Below are positions 50,201 to 62,800 of a DNA stretch of 64,000 nt, piece after piece (within the stretch, counting starts at the first letter, position 1; every line of letters begins with the position of its first letter). The stretch comes from Bugula neritina (Eukaryota; Animalia; Bryozoa): assembly GCA_964035545.1 (NCBI GenBank), contig OZ037765.1, forward strand, positions 30,875,504 through 30,939,503, in the 5' to 3' direction. Made by a program: the position numbers and the translations under genes. The notes under the pieces were generated by a model. That model saw only the letters and a list, made by a program, of their open reading frames with translations. It had not been told where the DNA came from and made no database searches.

Positions 50201-52310
50201 AACACCAATAAATCAAAATGGTGATACAGCCACTTTTTGAATTTCAATGTTCAACTGTTAAGGGCTGGTTAACATTCTCCCCTCTACAAGCAGCTAATGA
50301 TAATTATATAATATCTAATTGAAATGATTGTATTTGGTAGTTAGACTACATAAATGATTTTATTATATAACATGACAGAACAACTGTAGAGCTAGTACTT
50401 CATCTATTAGTATGAGTTATGCCGTTGGTTGGGTCAGATCTGGGAATTAAGCTTAACTAAACTTGCTGTAAGTTCTCGCAATGAATACGCCTCAGTCTGC
50501 AGCGATTTGCTGTAACTTACTACTGTAGACTATAGATACAACCTGCAGTAACTTCTCTTGACCATTACAGTAGTTGTATAACTACTACCAACTGTAGTTT
50601 TAACTTTGATTTAACATCATTATGCGTTATTGCTATTTTTGTAAATAACTATAGCTGGATGAGCTGTAAATTATGACTATTACTAACTGTGGGTTATGAC
50701 TATTACTAACTGCAGGTTATGACTATTACTATCTGTAGGTTATGACTATTACTAACTGTGGGTTATGACTATTACTAACTGCAGGTTATGACTATTACTA
50801 ACTGCAGGTTATGACTATTACTAACTGCAGGTTATGACTATTACTAACTGCAGGTTATGACTATTACTCACTGCAGGTTATGACTGATGTAAACAAGTAC
50901 ATTGAGAGTATTGATGATGAAGAGAAAAGATCTCATCCGTTTGGTGTAACCAATGTTCTACTCAATGGACTAAACGGGAGAAAAAGCAGAAACACGCTGG
51001 ATACTGGCAGATCCTTAACCTGGATTTGCTTCTTCTGTCTTGTACTTACTATATGTGGAATCATCATCTACCTCTCAGGTACATACAGTATGCACGCACT
51101 TAATATAAGTGGAGTGATTATCTATCCTCAAGTGCATATTGCATACATCTAATTGCAATATCTCAAGGTGCTCATGGGAAAAATATCATTTTTTCCATTC
51201 AGCTCTGGTCTCCTCCAACTATTGGTTAAAATTAAGGCTTGGAAAAAGCTGCAATTCAATTTCTTATGCTAGAATTTTCTGTTGGCACATGAACTGCTAA
51301 AAATATCTTTTGGCATTTACCTGTTGTTGAAGTAGGTAAATTATTTGTAGCATGAGAGGTTATCTATATAGAAATAACCCAGACTCAAATGTCTACTAAA
51401 AGTAAAACTACTTTATCAATGACTGCAATTTACTCTTTTTTTCTATATTTAAGAACGTTGAAAAACATGAATATAATATCTATTTTGTGACAGACAAATA
51501 TAAATTTTGCTGCATTTCACCAAACAGTTCTGGACAATATTTTATTAATTTCAAGTCCAGAATGATAACTTGCAAGATGTTCAGATATCTGCTAATTTTT
51601 CTTTAATTTTCATTAATATTTATCTTTAACTCACCAGTTGCTCGGCCCAGGAATTGCTTTTGCTGTTTTTACTGATATCAGTTGTAAGCACTTATTGCTT
51701 GTTGAAATATTAATCAAGTTTAAAACTCTGTTGATTATATGTTACACAACATTATGATAAATTAAATAAGTGAGTACTTGATGATTTTCTCAAAAGTAAT
51801 TTTAATGGTATTTTTGTAGCCAAAAGTGCGAACAAAACTAAGGATGAGAATTGCAAACTATATAATATCTGTAAAGCGACAGTTCCAAAAAATATGGAGC
51901 TCCTGGAGCCGACTATCAAAACTACACAAAAGACTGAACTTATAGTAAATCAGTATTCAGCAGTAAAGATTTATAATAGCACTACATATGAAAGAGTTAA
52001 AAGAAGCTGGTATCTACGGGTGAGCTAAGAGTCTATGTTACTAGATTTTGCAGTGCTTTTAAAGCATCACGTTTTAACTTTTTTTACTTGTAGACTTTAG
52101 TTGAGTAAAATATGCATGCTGTATATTATAATATTATGCTGTATATACATATATATATTAATCGCTTGTTGGATAATCAGAGAGAAGATGATAACTTAAA
52201 CTGAAATGCTAAGCATTTCATTTGAATGTGAAAAGGTCATGCAGAATTAAATTATATTTATTCTATTTCAGGTTAGCAAACTTATAAAAAGACGGTCTCC
52301 TGCTGATTGA
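47223..52310 (+). CDS. Uncharacterised single-pass type II membrane protein, 159 aa (4 coding exons)
   Basis: join(47223-47261, 50877-51078, 51820-52019, 52272-52310) is 480 nt, all GT-AG, phases 0/1/0, with no stops. TM WICFFCLVLTICGIIIYL; luminal NKT and NST sequons, a Cys pair and RVKR. Confidence 0.62.
47430..47600. repeat. Degenerate ~15-bp AT-rich tandem repeat (AAAGTAATGCAATC-like)
   Basis: Recurring AAAGTAATG motifs. Confidence 0.7.
50671..50885. repeat. Minisatellite, 23-bp unit GGTTATGACTATTACTAACTGCA x~9
   Basis: Direct reading; the last copy overlaps the acceptor of the exon at 50877. Confidence 0.95.
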
Positions 52311-52735
52311 TCATGTCAAGCAAAGCAAACGAGAGCAAATTGGAGACCAAAAAAGCCTAAATTAGAAAGATGACATAGATTCTGCCATTACACTGCTGTA
52401 CAATTTACACATCATCCTGGGTTTTGACATTAATACAGATCAGAAATTTCATTATCCATGCTCACTAGGGATTATTTGAAATATATCGTCTGCTAATGAT
52501 TTGCAACGGATCTAAATTTAGTTATTGCAAGCTAGTTGTTACCATATGGACAGACCAGTAATACAAATTTGCTAGTCTTACTGAAAAGAAATACAAGAAG
52601 CGTTTTAGGAAATATTATAAACAGTCTAGCATGCAGGAGTACAACAATTTTTAATATTGAAGCTGTCTTTATATGCAACAGTATTTGTACTTTTAAGCAC
52701 CATTTGCAAAATAAATTTCCCCAGTGGTATAGGCC

Positions 52736-52854
52736 TAGACCACAGGGCATAACATCATAACCTGGTATAGACCACAGGGCATAACATCATAACCTGGTAT
52801 AGACCACAGGGCATAACATCATAACCTGGTATAGACCACAGGGCATAACATCAT
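52736..52854. repeat. Minisatellite, 32-bp unit x~3.7
   Basis: TAGACCACAGGGCATAACATCATAACCTGGTA repeated. Confidence 0.9.
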
Positions 52855-53845
52855 TGCATATATGTACAACTTATCTCAAAGTAGCCATCATGATCCTACT
52901 CAGTTTTTAAACCAAAAGGACATGCATCAGTTTTAACAAAATACGTGAACAGCATACAAGCTAGCTCAGGTATAACTTTTACCAGTTTCCTAATTACACA
53001 TGTTTGCCACCTTCCTTAGTACGCAGACAGTAATGAACTGATGCAAAATTAAATCAAATTGATTGGAATCACATGATAAATTGAATTATGAATCACTTCA
53101 TTAGGGAGCAGTTGAAATAATTGGGAGTTAGAACTGTAGACTGCAAGCATTTTAAAACTACGATAACCATAACAAAACCACCATTTGAACATTCAACTTC
53201 AATTTTATTTTGTGAATATACTGTAATATAATAGTAAATAGAAAATAATAATAATAAGTAGTGCATTAATTCTAGCAGAGATAAACATAATTTTAGTAAT
53301 TAGAAAAACTTTACTACTTGACAGCAGCCATTGAAGTGAGCAAAGTGAACACTAACAAGCGGGAAGGGCACAGGGAATGAGTGACGTTGTTTGAAAATAA
53401 AAAATGCAAACACAAGAAGGTGGAACGTAAACAGGGGTTGGTATAGTATAACAGAAGGCAACCAGCTATGCACATTACACTCATTCTATTTCTATGTTTA
53501 GCTAAAGAAAACCAGTCCTATTCAAAACCTAAAAACCCAGTAGAGAGCATAATTATAATGAAGTTATTAGTCTAATAAAATAAAATTATAATAAACCCAA
53601 TGCCACAAATGCCCTAACTAAAACAGAGGCTAGAACAGAATGCTTTAACCATGTAGCCATGCATAAAATTACACAAGCATGATTGAATCTCCGGGAGAAC
53701 AAAGTGCAATCTGCAGCAGAAGTTATTGTAGCTGCAGATATACAGCTTGTGAGAACCACTGTAGGTTAGGAATCATAACAATAGACTAATTACTATCCTT
53801 ATTAATGTTGTAAAATATAACTAGAGGCTAACTGAAGCATCTATT

Positions 53846-56800
53846 CTAAGCTTCACTTTGCTTGGTATCATCGGCAGCGCTGCCTACAGAGGCACTTCCG
53901 TCTAGAGAGGCAGCGTCATCGTCCTCGCTGACTCCGCCGTACCGAGTTGTGGTGGTAGTGAGGAATGAAGAGCGAGTGCGAGTGCCAGGCAATGGAGCTT
54001 GTCTGTAACATAGTGATAACGAGTGTAAGGTGCTGTCGAGTGTAAGGCGCTGCCTGTAGCAGTATCTCTCAGCACAACACTGTGTGTCAGCCATGCCACT
54101 AACACAACCCAACAGAACACTACACGATATCAACAGAATATAATACTATATACTCATTAACATGCAGGTGTTTCAACACATGGCAATCAGGAAGAGCTCA
54201 GGCTATGAGTAGTTGTGCTGTTTACTTTGAGTAACCCGACGACACAGTCAATATGGACAGATAACTCCATTTTATTTTACATAGTCACAATATTATTATC
54301 CATACTAGTATGAAATACTTGCCAGTCTAAGAAGTTACTAATATTTATACAAGAATGTGTATAGAGGAAGAAATATCAGCACATATCCTGACAGGAGAAT
54401 AAATAGTACAAATGAAATAATTGGAATAGTAATAATTGGAATAGTGTAATGGAGTAACGCCATGCCAATCAGAGTACATGCATATGTAGAAGATCAACCC
54501 CAACATGGTTAACACACAGCCATTTCCCAGATAAAGTTGAACCACATGACATTCCACCATCACAGCATTTATATAGAGAATTTCAATAAAAAATGTATTC
54601 TCCCAATAATAAATAATCCATACCCAAAGTAAAGAGCAGATGAAATAATACTGAACATGTAACACTAGCGGCTTCACATGTTATGGTAGGAGCAAGCAGT
54701 TATTAACAGAACATAATGTCATACAACTAAGTATGAATAACAGAGCAATCAAAATGGCCGACAAAACCGTCGGCTGGTGAACATAGTAAGGGAGAACTGC
54801 CCAGTAGACAGGCACCAGGGCATGCCTTGTCATACCTTGAAGATGATGGCGTTTTGTCAGAGCTCCTGCATGGAAAGACACAACATTATGGGTTATGTAC
54901 AGCATAACCAGCATTATTAACCAATGAGTAACTTTGTAACATTTTAATTAGACTCCGGTAAACAGATCTAAATACCATAATTTGTTCTTTTTCAATAGCC
55001 TGGCTACCTAAATGGTGGGTGTGTATATCCGAATAAATGTTACTAAAGCATGTCTCTATAGTTTTATTGATCCTAAATCCAACTACACATGATTTTATTA
55101 AACATGGAAATGTTTGGTGACAATTTTAACTGAAGAGTAGCGGAACAAGTGGTCATTAACAAGAGAACACAATTCTGTAGAACAAAGAGCGAATCAACCA
55201 ATAGGCGTGGCCCACCATATCATACCTTTTAGTTAATGGAGTTTTGGAGAAGGACCTGTACAGAAAAAAGCATATGCACGATGAAGTTTTAGTTCTCAGA
55301 TGTTTAGTCAACATTTCGTCTACTCTAAAGTTATGGATGGCTGACCAATGCAGTATGCTATTTACATGATACACGGTGATGTAGCACGCAGCGACACATG
55401 TTTAGTATACAGCATACACAATGCAATACCACAAGCTGTCCGAGGTCCCTATAAGCATGCATCTATTGGCTACAAACATGGGCAGACATAAACCCAGCAG
55501 CCGCCAGGATTAGCAGGTGACGGAGGAAGCGGAGAGCAGCATTGTGGGATGCGCCGAGCATACGGCTGTATACATACTAGTAATGAATGGACTACAGGAG
55601 TTACTGTTCGTCGTCCAACGACGTGGTGGAAGCTGAAGGACTGTGAGATATTTGGGTTCTCTCAGTTCGACGACTATAGCGAGTAGATATACCACCGGCC
55701 ATACTGGAACTACACACCAGGTAACATTGTCATTAGCAGGTACACTACCACAGGTATGCCAGTACACCACTGTGAGTACACTACTAAAGGTAGCCAGTGT
55801 AGTCGCATAGTAGTCATATATACACTACACAGTGCGCGCTGATGAGTCACATGGTACAGAGGGTAGATGGTGGGGTAACTCCATGCATGTATGAAGAGAA
55901 TCTACGCCACACCCTTCAGTGATTAGCATACATAATACACGCGACTTCATACACATGTGCAACGTACATCTCAACACATGTACAGCACACTGTAGGTGCA
56001 GATATCAAAACAACAAGGAAACTGCAGTTGGACAAGAGAGCGTGTTTCTAAACACCGCTCAACATGTTGAATGTGCAGAAACACACGCGTTGTGATACAG
56101 AGTAGGATGGGTAGAGTGGTTGGAAGACAACGCTACACAGCTACACAATGTATACAATGATCTCCACCAGCATTCATCTCACCTTAGTCTAGACTTCAGT
56201 GAGCCAATCTCTCTCTGGGCAGCCTCCAGACCCTCAGTTGCCTCATCGAACTCTCTCTGCAGACGACGTCTCTGCGCATTCAACCTTGACACCTCTTCCT
56301 CCATCTCGGTCAGGTCACGCTGCACAGACTTCTTAGCACTTTGAGCTTTCTCCAGCTTCAAACAACAGCAACAGTTAGTTTACATTACAGCTCCTTGTAC
56401 TCACTAGTAATATGCACTCACCTGCTCCTTGTACTCACTAGTAATAAGCGCTCACCTGCTCCTTGTACTCACTAGTAATGAGCAGATGTCACTCACCTGC
56501 TCCTTGTACTCACTAGTAATAAGCACTCACCTGCTCCTTGTACTCACTAGTAATATGCACTCACCTGCTTCTTGTACTCACTAGTAATAAGCAGACTTCA
56601 CTCACCTGCTCCTTGTAGTCACTAGTAATAAGCAGACGTCACTCACCTGCTCCTTGTACTGATCAGCATGTCTTCTCTCCTCATCCATCTGCATAGTCAA
56701 CTCCTTCAGTTTCTTCTCTTGTCTTCGGTTGTTTCTACTCAGCTGCTGTCTCTCTCTCTGCTCCACCTCCAGTTGGTCCTCCAAACTAGAAACCTGAAGA

Positions 56801-59800
56801 TACATGTCACATGACGTTAGTGTCACATGACATAAGTGTTGCATAATTTCGATTTGATAAGAAAGTTTTCATGATTACATTAGAATGAATTCCAAACTAG
56901 AATATGACCAATTATAAGTTACCTTTGATTCTAAAGCAGCAACTTGGTTCTTGTTACCCTTTCTGGAGATCTCTTCCAGTTCTGCTACTCTTAGCTTCAG
57001 TTCCTTGTTCTGCTTTTCGAGGTGAGAGCGGGCAGACTCAGCTTTGTTAGACAAAGCTTTCTCATTACCCAAGTCTAATTGCATCTGGTCAACCTGAACC
57101 CCAAGTAACACTTTACCAGACACAGTCACCATTAGAAAGTGTAACACAGCAGACGACAGTAACTACTACAGACACTCTGATACAAGTCTGGTGGGCAGAC
57201 TGGTTGAGAAATGAGACTGTCGAGCAATTGCGACATAAACATCTTTTCTCCCGATTTTTGATTAAAAAAAACCTGTCTAGACTGAGTACCACACATACCT
57301 GAGCCTGCAGTTTGCGGGCCTTCTCCATGGCCAGCTCAGAGTTGCTAGCCTCCTCTTCCATCTCGTCCTCCAAGGCGTTGACTCTGGCCTCCAGTCTCTT
57401 CTTCTCGTCTAACAAACTGTTCTTAGACAGGTTGGAGGAGCTGAGCTCCTCGTTAGCTTCATCTCGTTCATTCTGAGCCACTCTCTTCCCTCTCTCAGCG
57501 GCCGCCAGCTCCTGCAAACAAGTAAACATTCGATATTCTCGTAACCGTGATAACCGGCAGAGACAGTTAGCGTGCTGATAGCACCGACTACCGGGAACTT
57601 AACCACAAACCGCAAAGTAATGCAGCAGTATAGTACTTTACCTCCTGCAGCTGAGCAAGCTCTGCCTCCAACAGTTTGTATTTCTTATCGGCATCCTTGG
57701 CAGTGTTGAGGGCGTCCTCCTTACCGGCCCGCAGTTCCTCGATCTCCGTTGTGTACTGAGTGACTATAGTCTGCATCTTCCTGTACTGCTTCTGCGCATC
57801 TTCCTTCATCTTCTGCGCGTTCTCCACGGAGGCCTCCATGTCCGCAAACTCACTCTCTATCTTCTTTTTAGCGCCAACGGCTGCAGTCTTCTGTCTCCGC
57901 TCTTCTTCCAACTCCTACATAGGATATTACATCATTAATTGACCAACAATATAATGCCAAAACAAAACAAACTACAACATAGAAACTTAAACTTCCAAAA
58001 TACAACAGAGTAATTACCGTATATAAAAACTTCCGAAAATTACACTCTAAATACTGTGTTTAGTTAAAATTAGGTAACGTACAGTTTCCAAGTCTCGCAG
58101 CTGTCTTAGAAGTCCCTTCCTAGACTCTTCAACTCCCTCGTCTTTGTTTGCCAGTTCCCTCTCCAGCTGGTTGACCTTCGCCTGAAGGTTGACCTCCAGA
58201 CGCATCTTAGAATCTTCTAGAAGCTGCAACTCATCTTCCATCTCCTCCAGCTGCTGCTTCTGCTCTTCTACCTGTGCCTCCAGAGCTCTCTTGGCCTACA
58301 GAACAGGTTGTGTCAAATATTGAACAGGTCGGCGTGTCACATTAGTAAATATTAAAGATGAAATTTGAAGTCACAGGAATAATTTCACACACAACAAAAA
58401 GATATGATGCCACAGAGTATCAATGCAGAACATGGGACACCTGTTATATAGTGAAATAGCACGCTTCATAGAGAAATATATAAAAATAAATAGAATGACA
58501 CGTTGAAACTATTCACGCCCAACTTGTTTTACAGCTGAGAAGGTAAGCTGTTGAGACAACAGGTTCCGGCAGCAGGCATACCGGGTCAGCTGGTGCAGTG
58601 AGAAGTGATGTCAACTTTTCCTCTTTAACCGAAAGGCTGTTGAATTTGCGCAACTTAGAAGACACAAAGCTGCCGTACTTTTTCTCTCGACTACTGCTGT
58701 TATATTTCCGGCCCAAAGACATTACCGACCAATAAGCTTTGTACGCTGCCTTGTTGCCATCCGACACACGCATCTCAGCCAGGGAGTCACAACTCTTCAC
58801 TAAACCGGTTGGTTCAGAAACACGAGTCGGCGAGTTTCGTCGCGTCAGGGAGCCGCCGTTCAAAGAGTCGCATCTTCTCACAAGACTGGCTTCCAGAGTT
58901 CTCTTGACTTCCTCCATGTTTGAACTGGAGCTACGTTGACGAGACATTGCTGACAGGCAGCATACAGAGCAACACTAACTGCACTCCCCTACACAGTCTC
59001 TCCGACTAATCTCCCCGAGTGGCACAACATTGTATAACGTGTCTTTCAAAGCAGCTAGCATCACAAACGTATCATCAAGCGATGAGACAAACTTCAATCA
59101 TGATAACGCAGAGAGAATAATAGAGAGCAGCAAAAAGATTTCAGTCAAGATATGGCATTCACATCAAGAGAAACTGCGCATTGTGAATATAATCGAAACA
59201 TAGGCAGTATTGCTTCACGGTAAATCACAAATAACATTGAATAAGAACATACTACATATTCATATTGTATACAAGACTGCACGTGCTTTCCTACACAATT
59301 CACGGAGCTTTGCTGATGTCTACTGTGTCTTGACTACAGCACACAGCTACTCCATCAACTATATATAAAGAATGTCCAATAGTCACCTTCTCAAGGTCAT
59401 GCACAGATTTGCCGACGTCGTCTTTACTAGACACCATCTCGTCATACTCTCTAAGTTGAGCGTTGTACTTCCTCTGTACCTCGGCCATCTGGTCTTCCAT
59501 CTCTTCAAGCTCTTTGGTTAGAGAGAGAATCTTTGTTTCCTTATCTCGAGCTTCCTTCTCTGCCGCATCTCTCTCTTCTTGTAATCTGAAGGTAAGAAGT
59601 TGATAATTACACTGTGTTGCGATTATAATACTGCAGCTTAGGAATTATCCCCTCTATACCCAGACAAAATATAATATGCCAAATAATTCTAAAGTAATTG
59701 CATTAGCTTTACAGTCGTGACTGTCAACAAATTTATAACCGATTTTTCTCTATGGACAGGCTGGAATATTTTATTTCCATAACATCACCAAATACTATAA

Positions 59801-62800
59801 CAATATGAAATTTAAACAAATAATTTTGAATTTCTCTATACAAACCTTCTGCGCAAAACAAAGATATTCCTTAAAAACATGAGTGCTAACCAACAAGTGT
59901 GAAATGATATAGATTATTAGATAGAACTTCATATTGGAAACAGTGATATCCTAAACGTTGTGGTTGTGCATTATTAAATGAGAGAATAACTATAGATAAA
60001 CCTACTTGAGCTGTTCTTGCTTCTGCTGGGAAAGATTCTGATCAAATTTACGCTGCTGTCTTTCTCTGTCGGCAGCGTTGGCTTTTTGTTGCTCCAGGGC
60101 GTTGTTGGCATCCTCCAATTCTACCTGTAGCTTCTTCCTATATTTCTCAGCCTAGCAAATTACAAAAAGAACATTAATAAAGTAAAATGCACATGTGTAA
60201 CCACATACTAAACATGTGTAACCACACAGTAAACATGTGTAACCACAAACCTTCTGTGTAGCTGCCATTTGTTCTTCAAGCAACAAGGACTTCTGTTCCA
60301 AATCTTTCGTTACTTTCTCCTTGTGCTTTTCATGGCCAGCAATAACCTTGTTGGCTTCGTCTAGTTTCTTGGCCAGCTCTGAGCCCTACACCACAACACA
60401 CAACAGTACAGTGTAATACAGACGCAGATTACTGCAGACGCAGAGTACTGCAGATGCAGATTACTGCAGACGCAGAATATTGCAGACACAGAATAATGTA
60501 GACACAGAGTACTGCAGACGCAGAATATTGCAGGCACAAAGTATTACAGACGCAGATTACTGCAGACGCAGAGTATTGCAGACGCAGAGTACTGCGGATA
60601 AGATGAGTCACAGACAGAGAGAGCTGACCTGCTGTTGCGCCTGCATCTTGTCCTTCTCGGCAGCCAGCTTCATGTCCTCCATTTCCTCCAGATCTTGCTG
60701 CAGATTGTTCCTCTCGTCGTCTGCGGCGCGGAGTTTAGCCTGCAGTGCCAGCTTGCTTTTGGTCTCGTCCTGAACAGAGGCGTGGCTCTCATCCAGCTGC
60801 TGCGTCAGCATAGCCACCTGCTTGCCGAGGGTGTTGGCCCTGAGGTCAGCATCACCGTACTCTGTCCTCAGCTGATCTAACTCATTCTGCAAGACAATAA
60901 CATAAGTATTATTATAGCATTATAAATTTGAGATGAAAATATCAATATTTACTCAGCTGTAAAGAGTAAATTGATTAGTAGTTTTTTAAACCAGAGGCAA
61001 AACATGTAAAACATGGCTTCATTCTAACGGCTACACATTTTATAATAGTAGACTTCATATAATAAAAGTATCCTTGAAGCAGTTTTAAAAAAACTTTTCA
61101 ACAGTAAAAAATTTACAGTTCAGCCAGAATAATAAATGTCAACATAGATATATATAGAGAGAGCTGAGCATAGACTAGGCACCTGTAACGCTGATGTCTT
61201 CTCCTGCAGATCACCCTTATTCTTGTCAGTCTCGGAGAACCTAGCCTGTAGCTCCATCATCTGCGCTTCCAGCTGCTTCCTCTTCCTCTCGCTCTCATTC
61301 CTGGCAGTAGACATCTGCTTGAGTTCCTGGTCTAGCTCGGCATTCTCGCTCTCCAAGTTGGACTTGGCTTTGTCTATCCCAGACTTGGTCTTCTTCAGGT
61401 TATCCAGCTCATTGTTCAGACTCTCAATCTGTACAACAGTAACTCTTTTTAGAACACAGTACAGCATAAACTACTCTGAAATATTCTATACAAATATACA
61501 TGAAATAATCAAAATGTCTTACATAATACCGCATTTTTCTCCTAATTTTAACAAACCTCCAATAGAAACAAAGAACTGCAATACCTTAGAGTGTTTCATT
61601 GTAAAATATTAAGCTCAGGGCATAGAGATCTTGTATTCTAGAGATTTCCCCATCCATTCAATAACTCTTAGAAACTGTAGAGCATTTCATTTCTCTTGTT
61701 TTATATGTATTACCTGCACCTTGCACCAGCTACCATGCAATGGATAGAAGTGTATCATAATTTACCTGCGCACTGTACTTTTGCTTAACTTCTGTCAACT
61801 GAGCTGTTTTCTGGGCAGATTCCTGTTCCAGAGACTTCTTGAGTTTCTCTACCTGCTGCTCTCTTTCCAGACGAATCTGTGAAATAATAACAAGGTGAGA
61901 TTAGCGGCGACAGGTGAGAGCAGGTGGTGACAGGTGAGAGCAGGTGGTGACAGGTGAGAGCAGGTGGCGACAGGTGAGAGCAGGTGGTGACAGGTGAGAG
62001 CAGGTGGTGACAGAGATCACATGACCATAGATAATAAAGTATGGAGGAATATACCAGTGAGGAAGCAACTTCCAATATGACACACGCTTTAGACACAACA
62101 GAATGCAACGAGAAGAAAGCCTACAGTTTTATAGCATAGCAACAATTGTCACAGGTGTGCGCATGTTCATTTCTGTACTTCCCTGACAACTTCAACATGT
62201 AGCTTATGATAAAAAATTGAAAATTAAAGATTTTTGAAACCTATCTAGTGCCGTTAGCTCATCTACACCCCAACACTGTAGAATATCTATGATGTTAAAC
62301 AGTCAAGTAGTGAATACACAGCTGAGCTATACGCATCACACAGAACTCATTATCCACCTGCACCCACCTGCTGCTGCACGGCACCAGTCTCCGTCGTCTC
62401 CTCCAACTCTGTCTTCAACGCTTCCAACTCTTCCGACAGATCCTTGCGCTGCTGGTCAGCTCGCTGTCGGTTCTTCTTTTCAGTGTCAAAGTCATCCTTG
62501 AGGTCGTTCAGTTCACCTTCCATTTCTCTCAGAGCTTTCTGTAGCTGGTTCTAAATGTATATATTATACACCCTTCTATACTGAGAGCATACTACTATAC
62601 AGCACCATAGACACACATACAGAGAGTATATATTACTATACTGTACAGCACCATACAAACATACATTTTTCTGCACAGTATCGTCACCGGAGGTGAGAGA
62701 AAGCTGCAGTTCCTCGTCTCTCTTAGCCAGCGCAGCCTGTAGGTCCGAAATCTGGTTCTCCTTGTCAGCCAGTTGGTCTCTCAGCTCCGAAATCTCCTGC

